Shown in pieces: positions 40,783 to 53,837 of a stretch of 64,000 bases of DNA (positions are counted from its first letter, which is position 1; the number at the start of each line of letters is the position of its first letter). A program made the translations under genes and the position numbers. Source of the stretch: Octopus vulgaris (Eukaryota). The DNA lies in the NCBI GenBank assembly GCA_951406725.2, contig OX597821.1, forward strand, positions 8,990,001 to 9,054,000, given 5' to 3'. The notes below the pieces were generated by a model. That model was given only the letters and a program-made list of their open reading frames with translations. It did no database searches and was not told the DNA's origin.

Positions 40783-41599
40783 TACCTGAAAATAGAATTA
40801 GATCTTATTTCGTTCTGTTTCTAATTACGTTGTGCAAATCCTTCATTTAAAGTAGTTCTGAAATGGGATCAATTCTTTGAGAAACCACCATCAAATGTCG
40901 GATAATGAAAAGAATATGAAATGTGGAATTCTGCATGAATATTTCCGCTTTTATATCAAATATTTTACTACACTCGAATATCTGTTCTGATACATATTTT
41001 TCGAGGACAATTAGAGAGATACGTAAAAAAAATATTTATTCTTTTAAGACGTAATCAAACGCTAATCGTTATGCAAACAAGAGCCCATCTATAAATATTT
41101 TCCGCACTTGGATTAAAACACTAGACTACGTATCCAAGAATTTTATTTATTCGAAACATAGAAATTAGTCATCTGAGTTTTGACAATTGGAGTAACAATA
41201 AGTTGTCTCCCTGTTATAACTACTTTTAGTTAACTGAGAGTTAATAAAAGATCTATACGTACCAATAACGTTTTCATCAATGGATCGCTGCATTTCTGCT
41301 TTTACGTTCATGTCTAAGTTGAATTTCGATGTCTGTAAAGGTTTTCGAGTTTGTATGTATTCCCCACAAGAATATATCCAAAAATTATTGCAAGGATCCT
41401 CACTGGTGTTTAATTTATTCAGTACATTATGAGCTGGTAAATTTCAAATAATTACAGCAAAAATATAATAAAACCCATACAGAGTTCATGTTGAATTTAA
41501 TGTTAATATATTGCAGAAAATATTATATTTTTAAATGTATAAACATTATTATTATAATATAGGTTATTGTATTTCATGTTGTTCTTTTAGTATCAGCTG

Positions 41600-42065
41600 C
41601 GGTTGGTAAATGTATGTAAATGTGTATACACACATACATACAAGCAACAATATGTATGTGGATAAGTGTAAAGGACTTTAGGCACCAACTTGTATTTGTC
41701 TTAGCTATTCTCCTGAGGATCAGAGGACGAAAGTCATTTCCAATAATTCCTATCCTAAGAAATTGGCCCAATTTTTTGCATGGGCAATAAATCACAAGTA
41801 GTAAATTACCGACTGATCGCATCTACCACATCATAGAAGCTGTATGCTGCAGATGATAAACAACTAGAAAATTTATTAAAGACAATGCATGGATTTACCA
41901 AAGAAATAAACATCGAAATTCTGCTTTGAATAGTGTGCCAAATCTATCTCGAATTCAAGAAAACTAGTAAAAAATAACAATATCACAGTAGATGAACAAC
42001 ATGAATTAAGAGAACTAGAACAAACTCAGACTTACAAATACTTAAGAATCAATGAACTAGATAAG

Positions 42066-42122
<57 letters not shown>

Positions 42123-43700
42123 AGCACTCCGTCGGTTACGACGACGTGGGTCCCAGCTGATACGATCAACGGAACAGCTTGCTCATGGAATTAAAGTGCA
42201 AGTGACTGAGCAATCCACAGACACGCGTACCCTTAACGTAGTTCTCAGGGAGATTCAGCGTGACACAGAGTGTGACAAGGCCGGCCCTTTGAAATACAGG
42301 TACAACTCATTTTTGCCAGCTGAGTGGACTGGAGAAACGTGAAATAAAGTGTCTTGCTCATGGATACAACGCATCGCCGGGAATCGAACTCACGACCTTA
42401 CAATCGTCAGTCGAATGCCCTAACCACTAAGCCACGCGCCTTCACAGATAAGGTACAACATACACAAAGAATAGAGAACAGAAGAAAGCAATATTAAAGA
42501 AGAGTTAGATTAGTACTTAAAACAGAGCTCAATCGAAAAATAAGATAAAAGGTATCAATACTCGACTTATATCAGTCACAGTTACAATATTCTTAATTGT
42601 ACACTGAACGATCAGCCCACACTAAACAGGAAAGCTATTATTATCATTATTATTTTATTATTATTATTATGACGAATTTAGAATACACTACCCAAAATCT
42701 CACAAGAAATAAAAGTAGTAGCGGTCTTATAAAACTAGAAAACTACTACAAATTATCCACCATAGGAATACAGACTTATCCAACTCAGAAGCAAGGAAAA
42801 CTGTTGCAAACGGCTACAATACATAAGAAGAATAAAAAGCAAGTTTTTGATCTTCAAGGAAGCCGAAAAATTAAAGAGGACATAATACCTAAGAAGAAAA
42901 AGAAGAAACAAAAACAAATGCTGAGAGGGAACAAAAAGCGAAGCTCAATCTGGAACTACAAAATACCATGATAAATGGAGCCACAAAAAGCCCTTACATG
43001 ACAAATACTAGTATAAGGTAAACGGAAAAGAAGTAGATAAGGTAAAACTTCACCAGTGTTTAAGAACATCGGAGCACAAAGTACAAAACGAAGGCTATTT
43101 AATTGCAGAACAACATCAAAACTTGCCCACCAGAAACCAGAAAAAACAGATACGAATAAAAAAATTAAATAAATAACACGAGTAGTTGTAGAAAATAAGG
43201 TGGCGGGGGAGAAGCAATAAGCCAAATTGACCCTTACTTCCCTAGTTCTGGCTATGGTGGAGTATATTCACACAAATGACAGAGTGGGGCTTACATGACC
43301 TGCAGGCCATGCCAGCACTAAGGAATGACCAAAGAAGTCATGGAAGAAACATGCCCTAGACAATACACAGCAACCATACACTTAGTTATGTCAATATACA
43401 CAGAGATCAAGGCTAATATACGTATATTGTCCTCAGGTACTACCGAAAAAATAATGTTTTCTAATCGACATATCAGCCACAACAGAAGTCAGTGTATCTC
43501 TAAAGGAAAGAGAGATTCCCGTGTAATACGAAGATTTGAAACTAGAAACAATCCCTCTGATAATAGTTGTATTAAATATAGTTAAAAGGCACACGGAAAA
43601 ATACATAACGAAAACAGTAAGGCTAACGAGTATATATAGCATACAGAAAATTGCACTGCTAGGGGCTGAAAGCATTCTACGTAAAGTAATTTCAGTACAG
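41600..43700 (+). mobile_element. Decayed R4/Dong-type (RLE-endonuclease) non-LTR retrotransposon
   Basis: ELRELEQTQTYKYL, RLVLKTELN, GLIKLE.YYK, IKANIR(PD)I, ETIPLII, IQKIALLGAESILRKV across frames. Confidence 0.7.
42059..42457 (-). mobile_element. Full-length tRNA/CORE SINE with (TA)n tail and 12-bp TSD, inserted in the R4-type LINE
   Basis: TSD agataaggtaca at 42059-42070 and 42446-42457; reverse A/B boxes gggaatcgaactc...ctaaccactaagcc. Confidence 0.9.
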
Positions 43701-43816
43701 TATTATGATAACAGCAAAACCACAACACCTACCTAAGGCACACAGAGCTGCACTCAGTAGTCCAGAGAAAAGCACGTGGTAAAAACGATTATTGTACAAC
43801 AAAAATAATGATAATC

Positions 43817-43985
43817 CTTTCTATTATAGACACAAGGCCTGAAAGTTTGGGCAGGGGGCTAGTCAATTCCATTGATCCCAGTACGTAACTGGTACTTATT
43901 TCTTTGACCCCGAAAGGATGGAAGGCAAAGTGGACCTTAGCGGAATTTGAACTCAGAGCCTAAAGACGGACGAAATGCCGATACG
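43817..43985 (-). mobile_element. Nin/Deu-type SINE copy
   Basis: Reverse complement of the 1309-1523 consensus. Confidence 0.85.
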
Positions 43986-44244
43986 CAATTTTCAGACTGA
44001 ATTAGAATCGTTCTATCTACATACTACTAAAATTGTGTGATTGCATGCTTGCTTGTGTATAATTTACAACATTCAAAACAGTGTATAATGTGAAAATACT
44101 CTGAAAGTAAGGAGCCCTTGAAATGTGAATACAAACGGATTATAAATAAGTTTCATATAAATCAGACCACAGATTCCCGAGATGTGGTGTACTTTCATAA
44201 ATAGTCAAAGCGCTACATAGTGGGATAATACGCCGAAAGTAACA

Positions 44245-45518
44245 TAGGAGGGGCGTTCAATAAGTAATGCCCCTGATCCACTTCCCATAGCAGTAGAGCA
44301 ACGACACTTGGCACAGTTATTAGTCTTTTCCTACATAGGAACTACCCAGAGTTATGCATTTCTCCCATCGTTTGATACAGCTCTGGAGACCGTTTTTGTA
44401 GAAGACCCCAGCTTGGTCCTCCAACCACGACGTGACTTCAGAAATCAAGGCTGCATCATCTGGGAAACGCTTTCTTTTCAAAATCAACTTCATGGCTGGG
44501 AAGAGGTGAAAATCAGAGGGTGCAAGGAGAGGAGTTCATAGCTGCACGCCTGTGCTTCTGATCTGGCGACACGCGAGTTGTGGACCGGAGCGTTGTCCTG
44601 CAGGAGGAGGATGCCTTTGCTGATCTTGCCCAGCCTCTTGATTTTGATATCTTCTCTTAATTTCCTCAAAAGTGAAGCATAATAGGATCCTGTTATTGTG
44701 GTAACCCTTTGCCAGGAAATCTGTCATCACTACTCCGTCCTGGTCCCAGAAGACTGTGAGCATAACCTTGTCAGCGGAGGGCTGCACCCTTGCCTTCTTT
44801 AGAGGAGGTGAGTCACGGTGCTTTCACTGCATTGACTGGGCTTTGGTCTATGGATCATAGTGATGGACCCAGGTTTTATCCTGTGTGATCAGTCTTTTGA
44901 AAAATGTTGACTCATCTTCTTGGCACATCTCCAAATTCATCCTCGAGCACTCAACGCGTTCTTGCTTCTGGAAAGGTGTGAGCAACCTGGAAATCCATCT
45001 GGCAGACACCTTTTGCATATGCAAATGGTCATGAATGATAGTTTCCACAGACCCGGTACTAATCTTGACCTAATGGGCTATTTGGCGAATAGTTATGCGT
45101 TGACCTACCAAAATGGCAGCCTCAACTTGACGGACAGACGTCTCATCAACGGCAGAAGAGGGCGACCAGATCTGTGAGCTGTTTCCACAGAGTTCCTGAC
45201 TATGTTTGAATTCACAATATCAGCGTTTTACAAGGGCATATGATGGGGCATCATCACCATAAGTTACTTTCATTTCATCAAAAGTCTCCCGTGGTGTTCG
45301 TCCTTTCAAATACAAAAACCGGATCACTGCTCGACACTCAACAGGCTCCATTTCACACTTGACTCAGTTCAAACACCTGTAAATCAGAAACCACTAGTTC
45401 AGAGCTGTAATTCGCCACTTAATCTATAGAGGTATAAATAAGTACACATGCAAAATTTCAGCTAGATCAAACAACTGCAAGTGGGTCAGGGGGCATTACT
45501 TATTGAACGCCCCTCGTA
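44245..45518 (-). mobile_element. Full-length mariner (irritans-like), inactivated transposase from ATG at 45351
   Basis: TA-flanked TIRs gaggggcgttcaataagtaatgcccctga / tcagggggcattacttattgaacgcccctc; KVSARWISRLL, TQDKTWVHHYDP, KVMLTVFWDQDG and LLQDNAPVH motifs. Confidence 0.93.
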
Positions 45519-45883
45519 AAAAATAAAAATTATTTGAACTTGAGTATTTATATTTCAATTTTCTTTAAACAGACAATATTTTAATTATTAAAAAGTATTT
45601 TTAAGTGAATATGATTTGAAATGTACGATTTGTTTGTAGAGTAAATATTAATATTTAGGTTTCTTTGAACAGACAATATTTTAATTATTTAGAAATATTT
45701 GTAAGTGATGATTAAAAAAAATTCTTGAGGTAATAGGATTTTTTTTCAAAGGTGAAACGATTTCCTATTCTTAGATCATGCATCGACGAGGAAGAAAGTA
45801 AATACCGTGTTTTATAACCTGAAACGTCAGTGACCCAACGCATCACGGGTATTCTAGTCACGATATATGAATCATTTTCTTAC

Positions 45884-45925
45884 CTGCCTTCAAACTCGTG
45901 ATTACTGTTATTGTTGCTTCGTGAC
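45884..45925 (-). CDS. Internal exon (42 nt, phase 1 to 1) GHEATITVITSLKA
   Basis: tccttgcag|...CAG|gtaaga strong sites; open in the phase left by the TM exon. Confidence 0.65.
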
Positions 45926-46043
45926 CTGCAAGGATTTAAAGTGAAACACGTAAGCTGAGATACCCATCGGAAACACACGCATACATACGTACACACACGC
46001 TCATTCATGCACACATGTACACACACACACACGCAGACACACA

Positions 46044-46132
<89 letters not shown>

Positions 46133-46461
46133 ACTGTAGGGAATAAAATGTTAAAATGTATTGCTTAAAGGTTTGGTCGGTGTTTAGTTACATATTTAGG
46201 AGTTGGTTATAAATTTACTTATTGAATTTATTTATCGGTATTGTTGTACATTCGGGAAATGTATTTGAAAGTTGTAGTTTCTATAGCATGTTTGTTCCCA
46301 AACAACACTTATTTTAGTGATATTGAAACCGCCGGATTGACTGTTACTTAACAACTGTAGAAACCATAATGATATCCGTGGGGCAGCTGACGATGGATGT
46401 ATATTGGAGTGTTGGTATGGCTGTTTTTATATATGTGGAGTAGTGTTATAACACATCCTTT

Positions 46462-46506
<45 letters not shown>

Positions 46507-46718
46507 TAAATATTAGGGAATAAATCCAAACTTACAGGGAAAAATCAGATTTAGGATTGAATCCAATTTTATAGTAAAATAATATATTATATTAAATTAG
46601 AGACAAAACCACTATTAGGCAAATCAAGCAATGAAAAACTTAATCCAATACAAAATATTATTTAATTTATATTATTTAAATATATAACAAAATTATTTAA
46701 AAAATATAATTAATATCA

Positions 46719-46781
46719 CACTACGGTCGTTTCATGCCTGCTAATATCTTCAAATTTTGAGTCGCAGTCATTCAACAGGTG
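46719..46781 (-). ncRNA. Mirror hammerhead copy with mutated core (CUGUUGA, loop GACC)
   Basis: Reverse-complement arm of 46817-46880. Confidence 0.65.
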
Positions 46782-46816
46782 GTTTAAATAAACCTCGCCA
46801 AGTTAAATATTTAAAC

Positions 46817-46880
46817 CACCTGATGAACGACTGCGACTCAAAAATTTGAAGATGTTAGCAGGCATGAAACGATCGTAGTG
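46817..46880 (+). ncRNA. Minimal type I hammerhead ribozyme with palindromic loop III
   Basis: cac-CUGAUGA-[extended stem II acgacugc...gcaggcau]-GAAAC-gauc-GUA-gug; ACGATCGT is self-complementary. Confidence 0.8.
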
Positions 46881-47011
46881 TGATATTAATTATATTTTTT
46901 TAATAATTTTGTTATATATTTAAATAATATAAATTAAATAATATTATGTATTGGATTAAGTTTTTCATTGTTTGATTTGCCTAATAGTGGTTTTGTCTCT
47001 AATTTAATATA

Positions 47012-47103
<92 letters not shown>

Positions 47104-48224
47104 TCATAAATAAGGCAAAATGCGTGCGTATTGTGAAAAAAATTATATTGTCAATGGACAATGTGTCCAATTTTTCGGCATATTTGGCATTAGAATTTTT
47201 TTCGTTTGCCCTTATTTATGAATTGTTTACAATTTTTACCTTTAAAGGTATTTTTTTAATATGCTGGCCATTGATAAAATTTTTGGGAAAATAATTTTTT
47301 CGAAAAAAAATTTATCCTATATTAGATATATATATATATACAGACACACACATACATACATACTTGCAATAATAAGTGCATATATGCAAACATGTATTAG
47401 CAAATACACACATACGTCGTTATCATGAAGCATGCATACGTAGATCGTTTAAAATAGGTCTGTAAACCTTTTCTTCAACAATAGGCTCTGACCAGTAACC
47501 AGTCTATTCTTGTGTTATAGTTAAGGAGAAGTATTTTTACTAATCAAGTTAGCATTAGTCAGGCGGAATTTTAAAAAGGTGGCATTTCGTATGTATGTTA
47601 ATGGCCAATCTTGCTAACAGAACCCTCAACTATACCAATATTTACACTTATACCACATCTGCGTGCTATCTAAGATGACGAAAATATTGTTCTCTCGTTG
47701 CATGGATAACACAGTTAAAGACATATTTGGGCTGTATGAAACTCGCAAAAACAACTGGAGCGTAGCTCATCCAAACTTTCTTTTTCGCAGCTAAATACTT
47801 TTGACAAGAGGCAACTTTCAGTGTCCATAAAAAGGCAGTCTCAAAAAGCAGCTATTATTCAAAGAATTGTGGTGGTACTTGGATTTTCGGCTTATTTTAA
47901 ATTTGATCAAACCGACACTCGCCACAATCGTTACCGTCTCACAACATTCATGCTGCTTCATATTGTAGTCCCAGAGGGATGATTGTATACACAAACGCAG
48001 GCGTACACACATACACAAACGCATACATACATACACATACACACACAAAAACGCATACATACACACATACACACAAAGGCGCGCACACACACACACTCAC
48101 ACACATTGGAACATAAGCATGCACACGCACAAACGCTTACATACACACATGCACACACACGCAGGCGCGCTAGCACACATACGTAGGCTATAATTATCGC
48201 AATTATTTTCCACCTTCTTTTGTA

Positions 48225-48580
48225 TATGATTATGGTGATGATATATTTGGATATTGTTATTTCGGATATTGTTATGTAATGATAATTACGATGATAATGA
48301 TGGCGATAAAGATGATTTATTGTGAAGATGATGTTGACAATGATGGGGTGATTCTAATGATGATGGAGGTCGGAGTGATGTTGATCATGATGATAAGGAG
48401 TATGATTATGATGATGATTATGTTGGCGAGGATGCTGATGGTGGCACTAGTACTGATAATATTGATGACTGTGTTAATAGAGATGATGGTAAAAATGTTG
48501 AAAATTGCTGCTGCTGCCGTCGCTTTGTTGCTGCTGCTACTGATGATGATGATGATGATTGTAGTGGTGATGATGGTAGT
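48225..48580. repeat. Degenerate (ATG)n/(CTG)n low-complexity tract
   Basis: Trinucleotide periodicity. Confidence 0.85.
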
Positions 48581-49384
48581 GAGAACATTTCGAATTATGT
48601 AAAGAGAGGAAATGCCATGATCTTGGTTCCTGATAATTAGAATTTCGATTAATATACAAATCAATCCAAATAAGTATTTTGAGTGTCCCATAAAATCCGT
48701 AGCAGAAAAATGTGATTTACGTCGAGAGACTCATATTGAGTATTTATGCAATTGTGATGTGATTAAACTTTGGGTGTGTAATTTGAAGATGAATTTTGCA
48801 TCGTAATCAGTCTACGTCTCCACAGTATTCTCTTTTGGAATCACTTACAGTGATTTATAGTAAGAGCAATATACTGCAGTAGATGATCGATATGCAGCCT
48901 TTTGAAATTTGAATGATGAAATTGAAAGTGAAATGCATTGTGTAACATTGTAACAAAATAACACAGGGTATGCGGATAATTCATCCGAATAAGGTAAATA
49001 AACTAGGTAACGAAAACAAAATGCTAATTAAATCGAAGCAAATACACTGAAGCGATAGACTTACAATAAAACTAATGCGAATGATCTTGCAAAATAATAT
49101 ATGCAGCTTAACATAGAATGATTTCTGAAGTCTAAGCAAATTGTTTCTAAAGAGAAAAAAGTGTATTATGTCTCCTTCTCTTTCTTACGTGAGATGATAT
49201 GGATACGAATATTAAACAATTCTGGTCCGTATATAGTACTTACACTTCGAAAGAATTGTATAAGGTCCCTAAATGTTGAGCATGTTGAAGAAATGCCTTC
49301 TATGTCGATAATAGTACTAGATTGCTATCAAAGGCCCTCGCAAAAGTATTGGATATAGAATGACATTTTTAATATCAACATCTA

Positions 49385-49700
49385 AGGCGGCAAGCTGGCA
49401 GAATTGTTAGCACTTCAGACAGATTGTTACCCACTCATTCGAAATATCTGGCCTTGTGCCAAAATTTGAAATGATAATTAGTTTGAATGTGAAGATGGCG
49501 AGGTGGCAAAATCATTAGCATGCCGGACAAATTACTTAGAGGTATTTCGTCCGTCTTTACGTTCTAAATTCTGGCGAGGTCGACTTTGCCTTTCAACCTT
49601 TCCGTATCGTCAAATTACGTACCAGTGAAACGCTGGGATCGATGTAATTCATTAATCCACTTCCCCAACATTTCAGGTCTGTACTATAGTAGAATGGATT
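49385..49700 (+). mobile_element. Two diverged Nin/Deu-type SINE copies
   Basis: ggcggcaagctggcagaa and ggcgaggtggcaaaatc heads, gtcgactttgcctttca core. Confidence 0.75.
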
Positions 49701-50451
49701 ATTCGTTTGACCATGACAAAATACAAGATGGATACTAGATAGAAAAAAGAAAAACCTCATAATAAAATTCTCTCATAACTTTCTAGTGAAGAAGATTTAA
49801 ATTCCTGATGGTCTGAGAGATTGGATGAAAGAAAAAGACATTTAGCTCATTTACATCACTGATAAGTAACACCAATAACGAGGAGGGTATCAATATCTAT
49901 AGCTAAAGATCAATATCTATAGCTAATTAAATGCACATTGTAACCTTGATGATGCCATCCTTCTACAATTAGTGCATTTAGGTCAACATTATACACTACT
50001 GTTCTTTATTTTCATACGAATAAGCTGCCGTTTCAAGGAAGTTTGACTCCTATTTCTTGGTGGTTGTAGATTATGTACGATAGATACGTGTTTGCTTTGT
50101 TTCAGTTATAGATATTTTTTCTGGTTATTCCATTCCAAGATCAGCTTTGATCGAGACAAACTATGAAGAAATATATTCCAGGTTTGACCGACTGCTTTTT
50201 CTTCATAAGATTCAATTTATAGGAAGTATTGTTTCTAATAACATATGTAACTTGAATAAAATTTGGCTTCCACTTAAAGCTAGAGAGAAATAATTGAAGT
50301 GATGATGATTATAAGGACGATGGTAACTAGATAGAGAAGAAGGATGGCGAAAATGATGAGCTGTTATGTGTGATGCACGTGGTGGTGGTGCAGGCTCTTA
50401 TGCGATAAATGTGATGTGTTGGTGTTCGTATTACGGAGGAGGATACTTTAC

Positions 50452-50558
50452 CTTGTCTTTGATTAGCAATAAGTAGTTTTACGCCCAACACCACTACTAC
50501 GCTCAAAATTATGATGCCTATTGCCACGGTTCCAATAATACAAATTTTTCGCGCTTTC
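50452..50558 (-). CDS. Exon (107 nt, phase 2 to 1) encoding a type II signal-anchor transmembrane helix
   Basis: ttttctttgcag|...CAAG|gtaaag; KARK-ICIIGTVAIGIIILSVVVVLGV-KLLIANQRQ, a basic cluster followed by 22 hydrophobic residues, bounded by the splice sites. Confidence 0.8.
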
Positions 50559-51129
50559 CTGCAAAGAAAACATATAGTTAAAATATTGCATGTATTTAGA
50601 AAGGGATGGAAATATTTCAATATATTTGTGATGCAAATGTAAGGCTTTAGTGAGAAAATAAAGGGATCGAAGCTTGACCATCAAGAAAACCAAATTTCTC
50701 TCCATGTAGCATACATAACAGCGTACTAACATTAATCAATAATCCTGATCCTCCTTTCTTTCCTTCTCTTTTTCTTTCTTTCTTTCTATCGTTGTTTGTT
50801 TGCTTCTTTCATTCATTTTCTTTTTCTTCCGTCTGATACAGTAGCAACAAAAAGTAGTTTGGTGCTTTGTCTTTAAGTTATTTCACCATTTATATATATA
50901 TATATATACATAGATATATACATATATATATACATAGATATATACATATATATATACATATATATATACATATATATATATATATGTACATATATTTATA
51001 TATATATATATATACATATATAGATATATACATTTTTTCTTTAGTTGTAGCTCAGAGATGCGGCCATGCTGAGGCACCGCCGTTTTGCTACATGTTATTA
51101 CTAAGAGCCTCCTCTAATGCGTGACACTT

Positions 51130-51585
51130 GGTGAAGAGTGGAGTTTGATAAGCTACACTCAATTGCAACTCTTGCCGTGAGGTAGGATCATCTGGGACTC
51201 ACGATAGGAAGAGGACCAGCTTTGATTTATAAACACCTATATCTACTTTGTGCAAGTTTCTCAGACTCTTTGGGAGACTATTGAAAAGCTGTGATCCCTT
51301 GAAACCCAGGCTGTTGCAGTAAATGGTCCTGAAGCGTGGTGGCATTGCTGGGATATTTGGCACTATGAAGTGTCGTCCCGCCCTGGCATTGGTGTAGCTT
51401 TCAATGGCAACATTTGGCCCGAATCCTTCCAGGATCTTTCAGATATATATTACTGCATACCTCTCCCGTCTTCTCTCCAGGGAGTAGAGTCTTAACAGTT
51501 TCAACCTTTCCCAGTACCTGAGCTGTTGCAAAGAGATGATCTTCTTTGTGACTCTTCTCTGGATTGCTTCAAGATCCGCTGTTAA
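51130..51585 (-). mobile_element. CR1/L2-group LINE ORF2 C-terminal relic
   Basis: [12 protein letters not shown]...[20 protein letters not shown]. Confidence 0.85.
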
Positions 51586-51668
51586 TTATATATATATACT
51601 TATACACAAACACACACACACACACACACACATACACACACACATATATATATATATGTATATATATG

Positions 51669-51725
<57 letters not shown>

Positions 51726-52297
51726 ATATATGTATATATATATATATGTATATATATATGTATATATATATATGTATGTATGTATATATGTATACTTATA
51801 TATGTATATATATGCATATATATATACATAAATATACATACATATATATATATGCATATATATAGTATATATATATACACACATATATATGTATATATAT
51901 ATACATATATACATATATATACATATATATATATACACATAAATATACATATTTATATATTTATATATACATACATATATATATATACATACATATATAT
52001 ATTCATACATATATATATATATACATATATATATACATATATATATATATATACATATATATATACATACATATATATACAAAGATATATTTACATACAT
52101 ATATATATATATATATATATACATATATACATATACATATGTATATATAAAAATATATATATATATATACATTATATATACATATATATACTTATATATA
52201 TATATATATATATAAACAATTGCAGCGTGGAAGGTGTTTATAAGCCATTTAAGAAACACACAAAAGCCGTTCGATTCACTTCAACATTTAAGTTTAA

Positions 52298-52347
52298 TTT
52301 GTCAAAATATTTTCGTCGCTAAAATACGCGACCTGTTCACTGACAAA
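52298..52347 (-). ncRNA. Hammerhead-topology RNA with non-canonical core
   Basis: uuuguca-GUGAACAG-gucgc...gcgac-GAAA-auau-UU-ugacaaa. Confidence 0.45.
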
Positions 52348-52384
52348 GTCCGTTCAGTGAACAGGTAGGTTCCAAGAGGAATTC

Positions 52385-52880
52385 ACACAAAATCTCCTTG
52401 CAAGTGTCATGATTCTTGGTGAAGGACATGTGATGCCTCCTCAACCTTTTCCAAAAGGCCTTAGAATGAATGCTGCTGCGTAAATTGACGTTCTGAATAA
52501 AGTTAAGATCAACAGTGTATGCAATGGAAGGACTTATGCCTTTCAACAAGTTTGTGTACCATCACACAAGGCTCAAATGATACAAGAATGGATAACCGAC
52601 AATTTGCATGATCACATCATTCCCAACATTTCGCCTCCTATGTCTCCAGATCTCAATCCACTGGACTACTATGTATGGAGCGTTTTTGAGAGAAATGTCC
52701 ACCTCATAGCACCCCACCATAGCACCCCCATAGCATCCCCCATAACACCAAAGATTCTTTGAAAGCTGCCATAGTTCGAGTCATGTCCGACATGAACAAA
52801 GACAACCTAATACGAGCTTGTAAACGATCTCGACCTTGCGTAGCGTTAGTTATTGTTGCTTGTGGTGGTGTTTTTGACTG
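52385..52880 (+). mobile_element. maT/Tc1-type transposase C-terminal relic
   Basis: FPKGLRMN, YAFQQ...SHKAQMIQEW, PPMSPDLNPLDYYVW, NLIRACKR. Confidence 0.8.
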
Positions 52881-53683
52881 AATTTATTAAATTGATAATT
52901 TAGCTTTAGCAACTTTTAATAGAGGAATGAGAACATTAAACCATTCCAAAAAAAGGATGCAGTAATCATCAGATGGAAAGTTATTTTACAAATAAAAAGA
53001 ATACCACGAGAATATAACTGGGACGCTGCTGAACTTTTCCGATGTCAACAATGACATAGTAGAGCTTAAGAATATAGTTTGTGAAAGGGAGTAATATGTC
53101 ATTTAAGTTCAGCTACACTACTAGACTTGTTCTTAGTAGGCTGGTAGCCGTGTATATGATATTTTATTATAGTAGGGTTATAAGAATGGATATCTGGGAG
53201 GGGACATCATTTATTCTTTCTTATCGTTAAGAAGTTAATGATAAAGAATGAAGAAAGAATGAAGAAAGAAAGAACTAATGGTGAAGAAAAAGTGAAGGAA
53301 AGAAATATAAAGAAAAATAAATGCGTACAAGACAGTTAGGCATGAGGTGGAAAGATGTAGGGTGTTGTTTTAGATACGAATATGTTATATACTTTAGATG
53401 GCATCGCTTGTAATATTAGGACAAGCTTGCCTGGAGAGACTAACTTCTTAGATCCTTTTCCCAGCTATCATTTGCTTAAGCCTTCTATAAGAAAATGTCA
53501 TCTACACCCATCTCCAAACTAGGTAAGAACCAGTCTAGCAGACTCTTATCACACTCGGGTCACCTAATTATCATATTACTGCCTGTCACAGACTATAATC
53601 TTCACTACAACAGCCAACTTTATAATGGAGTAATGTTCTCATTCTCCTATTTAAAAGATGATTAATGGCAAACTCTATTATTA

Positions 53684-53829
<146 letters not shown>

Positions 53830-53837
53830 TATACATA

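Larger units (their letters stand above)
46502..47017. mobile_element. (TA)n-embedded fold-back element (Penelope-like inverted pLTR pair)
   Basis: About 209-bp arms 46582-46790 / 46808-47017 with a 17-nt spacer; each arm carries a hammerhead. Confidence 0.8.

Noticed and set aside
42370-42444. tRNA gene
   Set aside because: The A/B boxes belong to a SINE head and continue into a CORE-like body; no complete cloverleaf.
48279-48691. Hydrophobic Met/Ile-rich ORFs resembling membrane proteins
   Set aside because: Degenerate (ATG)n tract with no convincing splice or start context.
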